A stretch of 64,000 nt of DNA from Candidatus Poribacteria bacterium (lineage in GTDB: Bacteria > Poribacteria > WGA-4E > WGA-3G), in contig OZ244048.1 of NCBI GenBank assembly GCA_965215265.1, forward strand, positions 2,048,001 to 2,112,000. The letters run 5' to 3'. The position numbers and the translations under genes are program-made. The notes beneath the pieces were generated by a model. That model saw only the letters and a program-made list of their open reading frames with translations, searched no databases and was not told the origin of the DNA. Positions 40,395 to 50,366 of the stretch are shown in pieces (position 1 is the stretch's first letter; each line of letters opens with the position of its first letter).

Positions 40395-43300
40395 ATGGAT
40401 AGAAAAATGCCAAACCCAAAAAAGTGGAAAAGCCTTTTAGGCATACTGTTGATACAAACCGCTCTGTTCACAACCGTTGTCCTAACAAGCCGCGCTGAGA
40501 TGAAAACATACACCGTCGCCGATGGACTCGTGGCCCCCGTCGTCCGGATAATTTTTCAGGACAGCCGGGGCACCCTCTGGTTCGGTTCTGACCGCGGAGA
40601 CGTGAATCGCTTTGATAACAAAGAGCAAAAGCTTTTACCCTTAAGCGTCTATGCTGAGAAGGTTGATCCAGAGGCACTGCTAGGCACAACACTGCAAATC
40701 GTTGAAGATAAATGGGGACATATCTGGTTTCTTACCCAGCACCCATCAGAAAGAAAAGGACGCGTGAGTCAATTCAATGGGAAGGCTATTCAATACCTCG
40801 GCACCGCGAACGCACTCATCGTTGACAAACAAGGTGATGTGTGGGTAGCCGATAGCGATAGCACCGGGCCACGCCTCAGCAAGTACACAACATCCGGGGT
40901 TCAACGCCCGTTGAAAATTCAGTCCTTTGCAATTGCAGATCGGAATATCGCTCCTAACTTACAAGCATCCACTGCCAAACAGGATGTCACCGCTTGGACA
41001 ATAGAAATTATCTTTCAAGCTCAAGGCGGGAAATTCTGGTTAGGGGGCAGTGACGGGGAAAAAGGGCTAATTCTCAGTTTTCAACCCGAATCTGCTGGAA
41101 AAAAGGCAAAATTCGCAATATTGTCTCAATATCTCCGGGAAGGGAGCAGCTTAGGTCCGCATATTCAGTACACTGATACAATTCGCGCGATAACTCAAGA
41201 TACCGATGGCACCCTCTGGTTCGGCGGCCATGAATTTCTACTCGAATTTGATGGCCAAACAGTCACGCGCAGAATACCAGCACCCTGGTCGTATAGTGGC
41301 GGACAGACTCGGAGACGACGGGGACCGAATGGACGCAGAAATCAACCCCTCCATCCAGAGCAAAAAGTATCACTCAATAGAGACTCCAAAGGAACAATCT
41401 GGCTTAGCGATAAGTCCAGGGGTAGATACAACCTAAGGCGATGGGACGGTTTTGAATCCGTCCCTCTTAAAACAAATGCAATAGGTGAAGCTGATACACC
41501 ACAATATCTACGAGGCTTCTTTGAAATTCAGGATAAATCAGGAAATTTATGGTTTTCCAGCGATGCCGGCGCACACCGATACGATGCCGATTTAGTTGAT
41601 GAAATGCTCTATCGCGTCGAAGATGGACTCGGAAGCAATCGGATCAAAACCATTTTCGAAGCCATGGATGGCACCTTGTGGTTTGGACATGATAACGGGG
41701 TAACAAAATTCAATCCTAGACCTGCAATGGTGGATAGGACAACCCACTCCGCAGCCGGAATTAGCAGCGTTCGCCTCATATATGAAGACAACGCAGAACG
41801 ATTCTGGTTTAGCATACCAGGCGGCGTCGCCTTATACAACGGCGATGAACTCCGGCAGCATCAACTCACCGTGGAAATCGAAGAAACCCCACGACCGGCA
41901 TTCCCAAACCCACCATCACGAAGACAGCGCGAAACCAGAAGACGCACAGAAATTGTTAAAATTTTTGAAGTCGGAAACCAGGTGTGGTTCGTCTGCAATC
42001 GCGTCCGACGGTTTAACACAACGCGATATACGTTCTTCCGCTACGCTAACGGCAAATTCGATCAGGTTTCACTTAATGTTGAAACAGACATTGGACCAGG
42101 CGGAGAGAGACTCCACAGAAATTCTGATGTTTTAGTTTCCACCGAAGCAGAACCATGGATAGCATTTGGAGGATGGCTCTTCAAACCTAATGCATCCGGA
42201 TTACAGTGGTTATCAAACAGAGGATTCACTCAAATCTCGTTTGGGCAGACACGCAAAATTCGACACGCCGACTCCGCAATTACAGCACTTCATCGCGACA
42301 CGCACGGGCAATTATGGTACCACTTAGAAAATGGAGAAGTCTTTCGTTATCCAATTTCGCTCGACGAAGTATCAAATAGACGGCAAAGGCGACAAGCACG
42401 AATGCAACCAGAAATCTTGCCCATTAACAGTGTCATTCCTGTAGCCGGAGGTAGACATGAACATATTAAGTGGTTCTTTAGTGTCGCTACAGGTAAATTG
42501 ACACGGTGGATCGAACCGCTCATAAAAGAGACCGGAGAGGCCTCCATCATCGAACTACAAGGCAGATCCGGATCCCCGCCTGTCTCAATATGGGAAACTC
42601 CACCTTCTGAAAACACGCAAAAAAGAATCACCTTTATCTTTAAAGATAGTTTGAGCACATACGAATTGGAGAACTTACAAAGCGCGCCTACGATTACGAA
42701 TATTAACCTCGCCCCCGTCAATGCAACCCTTACATCTACCACTGGCATACTGTGGTTGGCAACATCACGCGGGGCAATACGATACGACGGAACCGCCCTC
42801 ACAACCTATGCTACAAAAAAGGAGGGGTTTCTTGTTGATGACATCCGCGACGTGAAGGAAGATAGTTGGGGCAATATATGGTTCGCCACCTGGGGCGGCG
42901 GGGTAGTCCGATATGACGGGGAAACTTTCTACGCTATTACCACCAGAGATGGCCTCAAGCATAATAACGTCTCAAAAATTCACGAATCCCAGGCGAAACA
43001 TATATGGTTTGCCACAGAAGGCGGCGTAACGCACTACACACCTGAAAACGGCGGACTACCGTTTTGTCGTCTAACCGCAATAGCCGCAGACGACACCAAT
43101 ATTGAACTTTCATCAACAGTCAATCTGCCGGCTAAACCGCAGCATATCACAATCGATTTCCAAGGCATCAGTCCACTTCGCGAACCGCTCGCTTATCAAT
43201 TTAAGTTAATTGGGCTTGACACAAATATCTGGACAGAAGTCTCTTCAAAGCAGATTGAAGCAATGCCCATTCAGCTCGATATGCCCACCGACGAGCCCAC

Positions 43301-44402
43301 ACACAAACCATTGATGTCCAACGCCGATATTACTTACCAACTCAATCGCATCCAGAACGGGAGACTCCAAATTCGGTATAAAAATCTCAAATCCGGAACA
43401 TACACAATTCTGATTAAGGCGATGCGGGAAGGCTCATCTTATACGCAACCACCCGCTGCCTTAAATTTTACTATCCCACCACCTATTTGGACCCATTGGC
43501 GCAGCTACCTCCTCCCTATTCTTTTTGCCATTGTCGTCCTCGGATTACTAGCCAGACTTCTCGTGAACCTTAGGCAAACGAGACTCCTACGCGCTGAAAT
43601 GCAACGACAAGAAACCGCAGAAGTAGACCGGATGCGCTCAGAATTAGAGGAAGCCAGAAACATTCAAGCCGGATTATTACCCACGGAAGCACCAGTTACC
43701 GAAGGGTTTGAAATCGCAGGATTCTCTATGCCGGCTACACAGGTCGGCGGCGATTTCTACGATTACCTTACAGTTCAGAACGGACACACAGCAATCGCAA
43801 TTGCCGATGCAGCCGGAAAAGGATTACGCGGCGCTATGAACGCAGTACTAACGAACGGCATGTTGCACGAAGTCGCACGCTTCAAAGCAAAAGCAGAGGT
43901 AATTTTGAGCGATCTGAACGCTAGCCTAGCCCCACGGTTATACGGACCCAGCTTCATTGCATTAAATCTCGCTATTCTTGATGAATCTAAAAAACAGATC
44001 GACTACGCAAATGCAGGACAACCTTACCCTATTCTGAAACGAGGCACTGACAGCACCACCACCGCTACTGAAAACAACCGAACCAACGCAACGCTTTTCG
44101 AAATAGAAAGCAGCGACTTGCCCCTCGGCGGTATGAAAAAGGCTAGCTACGAATCAGTTACCTGCACCCTAACAGAGGGCGACACCCTTATCTTTTTTTC
44201 CGACGGCCTTATTGAAGCACTGAATACTGCTCAGGAAATGTACGGGACAGACCGGTTAAAAGAATTAATTGCCAATATCCCGCAGCACCTTAGCGCCGAA
44301 CAGATTATCCGATGCATCGTTGACGACGTAGACAATTATATCGGCGAGGCAGAACAGTACGACGATATGACACTTGTTGTCATAAAGTGTCTTCTGGCGT
44401 AA
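40395..44402 (+). CDS. Membrane sensor: two-component-regulator beta-propeller + Y_Y_Y + SpoIIE/PP2C phosphatase
   Basis: Repeated DGL..N.I..I.ED..G.LWF propeller units, one TM, then VGGDFYD, IADAAGKG, NAGQPYP, FSDGLIEA, DDMTLVV. Confidence 0.88.
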   Translation: MDRKMPNPKKWKSLLGILLIQTALFTTVVLTSRAEMKTYTVADGLVAPVVRIIFQDSRGTLWFGSDRGDVNRFDNKEQKLLPLSVYAEKVDPEALLGTTLQIVEDKWGHIWFLTQHPSERKGRVSQFNGKAIQYLGTANALIVDKQGDVWVADSDSTGPRLSKYTTSGVQRPLKIQSFAIADRNIAPNLQASTAKQDVTAWTIEIIFQAQGGKFWLGGSDGEKGLILSFQPESAGKKAKFAILSQYLREGSSLGPHIQYTDTIRAITQDTDGTLWFGGHEFLLEFDGQTVTRRIPAPWSYSGGQTRRRRGPNGRRNQPLHPEQKVSLNRDSKGTIWLSDKSRGRYNLRRWDGFESVPLKTNAIGEADTPQYLRGFFEIQDKSGNLWFSSDAGAHRYDADLVDEMLYRVEDGLGSNRIKTIFEAMDGTLWFGHDNGVTKFNPRPAMVDRTTHSAAGISSVRLIYEDNAERFWFSIPGGVALYNGDELRQHQLTVEIEETPRPAFPNPPSRRQRETRRRTEIVKIFEVGNQVWFVCNRVRRFNTTRYTFFRYANGKFDQVSLNVETDIGPGGERLHRNSDVLVSTEAEPWIAFGGWLFKPNASGLQWLSNRGFTQISFGQTRKIRHADSAITALHRDTHGQLWYHLENGEVFRYPISLDEVSNRRQRRQARMQPEILPINSVIPVAGGRHEHIKWFFSVATGKLTRWIEPLIKETGEASIIELQGRSGSPPVSIWETPPSENTQKRITFIFKDSLSTYELENLQSAPTITNINLAPVNATLTSTTGILWLATSRGAIRYDGTALTTYATKKEGFLVDDIRDVKEDSWGNIWFATWGGGVVRYDGETFYAITTRDGLKHNNVSKIHESQAKHIWFATEGGVTHYTPENGGLPFCRLTAIAADDTNIELSSTVNLPAKPQHITIDFQGISPLREPLAYQFKLIGLDTNIWTEVSSKQIEAMPIQLDMPTDEPTHKPLMSNADITYQLNRIQNGRLQIRYKNLKSGTYTILIKAMREGSSYTQPPAALNFTIPPPIWTHWRSYLLPILFAIVVLGLLARLLVNLRQTRLLRAEMQRQETAEVDRMRSELEEARNIQAGLLPTEAPVTEGFEIAGFSMPATQVGGDFYDYLTVQNGHTAIAIADAAGKGLRGAMNAVLTNGMLHEVARFKAKAEVILSDLNASLAPRLYGPSFIALNLAILDESKKQIDYANAGQPYPILKRGTDSTTTATENNRTNATLFEIESSDLPLGGMKKASYESVTCTLTEGDTLIFFSDGLIEALNTAQEMYGTDRLKELIANIPQHLSAEQIIRCIVDDVDNYIGEAEQYDDMTLVVIKCLLA

Positions 44403-44459
44403 CGCCTCCGTACGGATATCCAACGTCTTATTTCACAGAACCGAACGCACGCATCTCGC

Positions 44460-46382
44460 CTACGCCCCCCGAAAATCCATCACTGTTTGTCTATATTCCT
44501 CAGGGATACCTATGTCAAATCGCCTGCCGTTGACGAGATAACCTGTAAAACCCTCCACTTTCCGCAACTCATCTAAGCAGGAGGTCAATTGGAATTCGCC
44601 ACGCTCGCGAAGATTGTACGTAATATTCTGTTCCAAAAAGGCAAATATCTGCGGTGTCAGTACATAGATACCGAAAACCGTCAAGAATTCATCTGCATCC
44701 ATGCCATCGACATGAAGATGCTCCCTGGCGTATGCAGCATCCGGCTTCTCATAAAACTCCGTCACCGATAGCAGCGCGTTCTCCTCTTTCCATCTACCCG
44801 TGACACATCCGAAATTTGGTAATTCTTTAATGGATGTTACTTTCAAGCCGACTACACTGTGATTTACCCGCTCGTATACTTCTAATACTTGCTTTGCACA
44901 CGAATTCTCCTCATGAGTCGAACCGTAAAGATGGTCACCGAGCATAAGAAGGAACGGCTCGTTTCCTACCCACTCACGTGCACAGTAGACAGCATGCCCG
45001 AATCCATCTTGGACATCTTGCGTGATGAACGACACACGACTCCCTAATTCCATTAAATAGTCACAGTAGGCCTTATTTTCTTTGCTAAGTTTGTTAAAAT
45101 TTGCAATCGGCGGCGGCGTTTTGAAAAACGATTCAAACAGTTCAGTATCCGCAGGCTGGACGATGAGACAGACCTCCTCAATCCCGGCATTAATCGCCTC
45201 TTCTACAATCGCCATAATCGCCGGTTTTGCACGCCCAGACTGATCAACTATTGGAAACAACTCTTTTTTTATCGCTTTTGAGGCAGGAAACAAGCGTGTC
45301 CCAAAACCTGCAGCCGGAATTACCGCTTTGCGGACATGCCGCCCAGCCTCAATAACGAGCTGCAGACACGACATCCCAAGCTCACGTTCAATTATTTCAA
45401 TCACCTTCTTTTGGCTTGCCTCATCTTTCACGATAAATTGCGCAGACCCATCCCCCTGTGAACCAACCCCTTTTCCACCCCAGAGGTAAGGTTGAATCTG
45501 CGGATAATTCAGAACTTTGTGCAGAACCGGCGCAGTCAATTCCGATGGACACGCCGGAATAAGATGTTTATCAAATTCATGCTGCGCACGTTTCATTAAT
45601 GCACCTACAGATTCTGCATCACCACGGTGAAGCGCCTCGTACGCAGCTAACGTAATTTCCGCACTCAGTGGACCGAGGTAGTGTTGCACATTTTTCTGAA
45701 GCGCATCCTCGGCAAACGGAAAACAGTGGTGCAGTTGATTTAATATCAGACGCGTATCCTTACCTGCTGCTAAATCAACAAGCACAAGGTACATGTCTTG
45801 GGGCACACTAAATTCTCGTACATCCACCCGGTCACCGTCAAACGTCATCAAGATAGGGCGCATATACGCACAGCCTTGGTCCATACGACCACAGCGCGAT
45901 GGTGTCGTCGTTTCGCCTCTGTAGGCATACTCCATCTCACCGCGCGTCGTCATCTTCAGATTATAGATACGGTTAAAGGCGCGCGCCACGAGAACACAGA
46001 TCGCCGCACTGGAAGATAGCCCCTTTTTTACCGGTAAATCTGTTAGATAATTGTCAATTTCAAGTCCCTGCACACGGTAGTCCGTCAGAATTTGATACGC
46101 AACACCGGCAGCATAACTGAAAAAACTCCCTTTCTCTGCTTCTGCAAGCAGTAACTCCGGCTCCATCGGCAACGTATAGGGACCATGGCGGCTACCATCA
46201 CTCAGACAAGTTTTGAGTATAAAGCGATTTGGATGCGGTTGAACTGACGCATACACACCTTGGTTTGTACTTGTAATTAAGGTATAACCTTTTTCAAGCT
46301 CAGCGTTATCTTGACGGTAGCGACCTGCCCAATCGCTGTGTTCACCAAATAGACAGATGCGCCCCGGTACAAAAAGTTTCAT
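44460..46382 (-). CDS. Bifunctional GHMP-family sugar kinase / GalU-like nucleotidyltransferase
   Basis: N-terminal PGRICLFGEHSD, PVKKGLSSSAA, CGRMDQ; C-terminal KAVIPAAGFGTRLFPASKAIKKELFP, GFGHAV, LGDH, EFQLT. Confidence 0.85.
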   Translation of the reverse strand: MKLFVPGRICLFGEHSDWAGRYRQDNAELEKGYTLITSTNQGVYASVQPHPNRFILKTCLSDGSRHGPYTLPMEPELLLAEAEKGSFFSYAAGVAYQILTDYRVQGLEIDNYLTDLPVKKGLSSSAAICVLVARAFNRIYNLKMTTRGEMEYAYRGETTTPSRCGRMDQGCAYMRPILMTFDGDRVDVREFSVPQDMYLVLVDLAAGKDTRLILNQLHHCFPFAEDALQKNVQHYLGPLSAEITLAAYEALHRGDAESVGALMKRAQHEFDKHLIPACPSELTAPVLHKVLNYPQIQPYLWGGKGVGSQGDGSAQFIVKDEASQKKVIEIIERELGMSCLQLVIEAGRHVRKAVIPAAGFGTRLFPASKAIKKELFPIVDQSGRAKPAIMAIVEEAINAGIEEVCLIVQPADTELFESFFKTPPPIANFNKLSKENKAYCDYLMELGSRVSFITQDVQDGFGHAVYCAREWVGNEPFLLMLGDHLYGSTHEENSCAKQVLEVYERVNHSVVGLKVTSIKELPNFGCVTGRWKEENALLSVTEFYEKPDAAYAREHLHVDGMDADEFLTVFGIYVLTPQIFAFLEQNITYNLRERGEFQLTSCLDELRKVEGFTGYLVNGRRFDIGIPEEYRQTVMDFRGA

Positions 46383-48880
46383 TGTTCCTCCAATTCGTAT
46401 AACAAGCGGACGGCTCTCCCGCTCCCCTTCACCTCTACACTTCTCTGGGCCCATTGGCACCGACGTATCCACGTCTGCGCCTGCATGACGCTACCCAAGG
46501 GGAGGGTTTTATCCATCGCTATTTCCGAAAAGGCCTCTTCCGCAGCCTTGTAATGGATAGCCCCGTTTGATGCCCCAGATTGAAACGCCAGACGATACGC
46601 ATTGATACCGGTTAATCTTCGCGCTTCTATTACGAGCTGCCCCATATCTTCGCCACCTCTAATCAGGGCCTGCCGGAGATAGTGGTTGCTCATGTCCCAC
46701 ACCTTCTCTGTATGAAGCAGCTCCCCTGCAAGGAAATAGGCCAACCAACTATCCGGCACTGCTTCTTGGCAAACTAACACCCACGTCATTTTTTCTGCAG
46801 GATTGTTAAACTCAACGAGCACATTGCGAAGCAGTTCTCGTAAGGAAACTTCTATATCAGAGGTAACCTTTATGGACGATGAAGGATAGGAAAGCGCCAC
46901 AAGACGTTTGATAGCTCTATTTTCAAGCGTGCCATAGTTCATTAACGGTGTAGCCTGCAAATCCACATTAGAACTTACCGACACGTAGGCCTTTCTCGCC
47001 GCTTCATATTCATCTTTCAGCCAGTGAATATCACCTTTTAACAGCGCGGCTTCTTTACTAAACCGCGTATTTTCTGAAGTTATGAGATGAGTCGCGAGCG
47101 ATAATGCACGTTCGTACTCCTTCATCTGATAGACACTGAACATAAGCCCACGGATGTCACGTAAATTTTTTGTATCCCACCTAAACGGTTGCTCCCGGGG
47201 GTTAACAGCCGACCGTTGAAATCGCCGCCAGAAACCGGGGATCGAGTCAAAAGAGAGTATCCGTTCAAACGTTTTCGTCGCTGTCGCGAAATCTTTTCGT
47301 GAGTATGCCCGCCAAGCGATATTTCGCAATTCTGCTATTTCATGCGCGCACGCCCTCTCAAAAATACTCTGCCGTTTTAACCTATCTTTCGCGTAGGCTA
47401 AAGACGCATCCGACAACGGAACGCTTTTCAGAAAATCCATCCACTCTCTCTCTAAAACACCTACGTCTTTGCCCTCAGAACCAACTCGGTAGTACTTCTC
47501 AAAATTGCCGAACGGAAAAACACGTTTGAATTTTTCTATACCGTAGGTATCAACAAGGAATCGGACAAAGGAACCCGCGAGGACATAACTGCGGGCACCC
47601 GCATGCCCCCAGAACCCAACACCCAGAATTGCCGAAAGCGACGGCGCAACCTCCAATCGATGCATCGCTTTTGCCCATTGATGCCCCGTCAGCTTTCCTT
47701 CATCCCAATCTGCAGCAACCGCAATGCCTTCGTGAAGTCCTATCTTGAAACTTACCTTCATAGGCGACCAGGGCACCGTAAAAACGTGTGCCAATTCATG
47801 TTTCAGCACCGGATGTGGAAATCCCTGAGCATGGATGTGAAACCCGTGCCCAAACGGATCTTCGACTGATGTGTAGCGCGCGCCAATTAACCGCTTTTTT
47901 TGCGCAGCAGAAGCATAGATATAGGCACGCACCTTATACTGTAGAGGCGCACCTAAATATGAAGCTAATTCAGCATATTGAAACTCACACTCCTCGGCAA
48001 TCAGTGCAATATCGTCTTCCAGAACTGTCGCATAATAGATTTCAAAATGTTCCGTTTCGTGGAACCCACCCAATTCTCGCTCAATATCTCCACGGGTCGG
48101 ACGAATCCCCAATGCCCCAATGTTGAAATTGACAACGAGAGTTGAAAGCGCCAATAGGTAAACTACTAGCTGCCCAGCCGCCCGGAATTGTAAAAGATTG
48201 CGCCAGTTGAATTGTGGCTTTAATGCCGTCTCACGACTCATTTCACAATTAACAGCAGAAACGGCTAAAAAGAAAAACGCCACTAACAGCGTGCAGCCTC
48301 GTGCAATCAGCAACGGAGTTGTTATCGTAACCTGCTCATCGTAAATTGGACCGGCGAAATAACCGAACGTATCATGATACGCAAACACAGGCGGATGAAA
48401 CACAACGTTAATAAACAACGGAATAAATGTCAGAAGAATGTAACCGATGTAAACTGTATACGCTCTCCAACGCCTCTCGAAACATAGCCCAAAGAATAGC
48501 CCCGCAGCAGTCGCATAAACGCAACTCACCCCTGGCAATAACCCGAAAAACAGCAACCCTTCACTAATATCGCAGTTTTTAACACGAAATGCATTGAACA
48601 AAATTATGATTAAGGCGGCAAGGAGCAGTCCTACGTTAATCCCCAGCGCCCGCCAGAAACATCGCAGCACAACTTCGCGTGCAGAACCGCTCAACGCACC
48701 CGGCGAACGTTTCATCTGCTTTAGCGTCGTTATTGCTATAAATGAACCGACGAATGAAATCACGAAGGCAAGAACAGCACTGAACTCATAGCCGAGAACG
48801 TTAAAGAGCGGAACGTTCGTCAGAATTAAAGCCAATACGCTGAATCCGATCAACCAGAAGATGAAGGTTTTATGCATCAT
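46379..48880 (-). CDS. Multi-TM membrane protein with zinc-metallopeptidase (MA-like) domain and TPRs
   Basis: About 7 N-terminal TMs, TEHFEIYY, HELAH...EGIA, C-terminal TPR-like helices. Confidence 0.7.
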   Translation of the reverse strand: MMHKTFIFWLIGFSVLALILTNVPLFNVLGYEFSAVLAFVISFVGSFIAITTLKQMKRSPGALSGSAREVVLRCFWRALGINVGLLLAALIIILFNAFRVKNCDISEGLLFFGLLPGVSCVYATAAGLFFGLCFERRWRAYTVYIGYILLTFIPLFINVVFHPPVFAYHDTFGYFAGPIYDEQVTITTPLLIARGCTLLVAFFFLAVSAVNCEMSRETALKPQFNWRNLLQFRAAGQLVVYLLALSTLVVNFNIGALGIRPTRGDIERELGGFHETEHFEIYYATVLEDDIALIAEECEFQYAELASYLGAPLQYKVRAYIYASAAQKKRLIGARYTSVEDPFGHGFHIHAQGFPHPVLKHELAHVFTVPWSPMKVSFKIGLHEGIAVAADWDEGKLTGHQWAKAMHRLEVAPSLSAILGVGFWGHAGARSYVLAGSFVRFLVDTYGIEKFKRVFPFGNFEKYYRVGSEGKDVGVLEREWMDFLKSVPLSDASLAYAKDRLKRQSIFERACAHEIAELRNIAWRAYSRKDFATATKTFERILSFDSIPGFWRRFQRSAVNPREQPFRWDTKNLRDIRGLMFSVYQMKEYERALSLATHLITSENTRFSKEAALLKGDIHWLKDEYEAARKAYVSVSSNVDLQATPLMNYGTLENRAIKRLVALSYPSSSIKVTSDIEVSLRELLRNVLVEFNNPAEKMTWVLVCQEAVPDSWLAYFLAGELLHTEKVWDMSNHYLRQALIRGGEDMGQLVIEARRLTGINAYRLAFQSGASNGAIHYKAAEEAFSEIAMDKTLPLGSVMQAQTWIRRCQWAQRSVEVKGSGRAVRLLYELEEQ

Positions 48881-49252
48881 AGAGTTCGCAGCTGCCTACC
48901 TGAAACTTTTTGTACCAGTGTTCCTTGCCAATTTGTTTGTCTATCACTATTTTAACGCAATATTAGAAGACGTGTCAATCAACTTTTCATAGCCATTAGA
49001 GGCACCTAACACTAAATCTGGTTAATCAATCCGATAGGAACTATTTCCATAATCGGGTTTAATAAACTAAATCCGTCAGGATAAACCAAGACAATGGAAC
49101 GCCAGGTTCACTGCCCAAAACACTCTTTTTCGCACTATGGAAAACGAAAAACAAGAACTATGATAGAAAATTCAAAGTCAGTAAAATTCAGGCGCAATAC
49201 ACTATGTTCTGTCGAACTTCTGCCATAATTTCAGTCGCATTAAATGTTTTTC

Positions 49253-49281
49253 TTGCAAACGTGTGAACAATATGTTATAAT
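49253..49281 (+). promoter_or_regulatory. Sigma70-like promoter
   Basis: TTGCAA-17 nt-TATAAT with extended TG. Confidence 0.7.
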
Positions 49282-49348
49282 GTGTAATATAGATTTGAAA
49301 GTTTTTCGCCTTGTCGCTTCTGCTTAATTTAACCAAGGAGGAATTACC

Positions 49349-50197
49349 ATGGCAAACGGAATCACCCGTTTTTTCAAGGCAATCTGGTATACGCTCACCG
49401 GTCGCGCCCATGAATCCGCTGATAGGATGATGGAAAATCCTGAGGCAGTGCGCGGTGCTTACGAAGAAATTATTAACGAAAAGCAAGGAAATATCCAACG
49501 CTATAAACAGGCAATTGGACAATTGATTGCACTGGTTGAACAGAAAAAGAGTACGCTTAAGAGTCTCACTGATGACATTAGCCGCTTGGAAGAGTTGAAA
49601 GCCGGTGCCATCGCCAAGGCACAACAGGTGGCAGGAGGCTTACAGAATTCTGGGATGAGCCCTGAAGAAGTCAAACAGCATTCGGAATACACGCGATGTG
49701 TGACTGCATACAACGATTTCCACTCCACCTTGGAGGAGAAAAATGCACGCGTCACCGAATTGGAAACCGATATTGAACGCGCACAAGCCGACATCGCATC
49801 GCATAAACTTCAGATAACCAATCTCCATCGCGATTTGAACAAGATTAAGGAAGAACAATCCGAAGCTGTCGCTGACCTGATTACTGCACGTGAACAAGAG
49901 GATATCGCCGATATGCTTTCAGGCATCAGTACCGACGGTACCTCCGCCGAATTGACACGGATGCGAGAAATTCGTGAAAAGGCAAAGGGACGCTCGAAAG
50001 TCGCGCAAGAATTGGCCGGGACCGACTCACGCACCGAAGAAGATGAATTCCTAACAGCTGCCCGCACTTCATCTACTTCCAATGAATTTGACGAGCTAAT
50101 CTTCGGCGCACAAAAAACCGATACCGCACAGAAAAGCGAAGGCGACAGTCAGAAAGAGTCAGCATCCGCCAACTCTAACTCAGAACTTCCGCTTTAA
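49349..50197 (+). CDS. PspA/IM30 (ESCRT-III superfamily)-like coiled-coil protein
   Basis: AAGGAGG RBS; amphipathic N-terminal helix MANGITRFFKAIW; ADRMMENPE resembles the PspA D..EDP hinge; long heptad coiled coils; low-complexity tail. Confidence 0.6.
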   Translation: MANGITRFFKAIWYTLTGRAHESADRMMENPEAVRGAYEEIINEKQGNIQRYKQAIGQLIALVEQKKSTLKSLTDDISRLEELKAGAIAKAQQVAGGLQNSGMSPEEVKQHSEYTRCVTAYNDFHSTLEEKNARVTELETDIERAQADIASHKLQITNLHRDLNKIKEEQSEAVADLITAREQEDIADMLSGISTDGTSAELTRMREIREKAKGRSKVAQELAGTDSRTEEDEFLTAARTSSTSNEFDELIFGAQKTDTAQKSEGDSQKESASANSNSELPL

Positions 50198-50366
50198 CGA
50201 AACGAGAGGGCACGCCGCAGCTAAAACGAATCCGGGAATCGCACCCACACCCAAAATACGCAGGCGCTAGCCACGTCTCAACCTCTAGAGATACCCAATT
50301 TTCGGACTCTTTTAGCAGCCCTCAGAATTTTTGCGACTTTCTCGCCATAAAGGAGGTGGAAAAACA

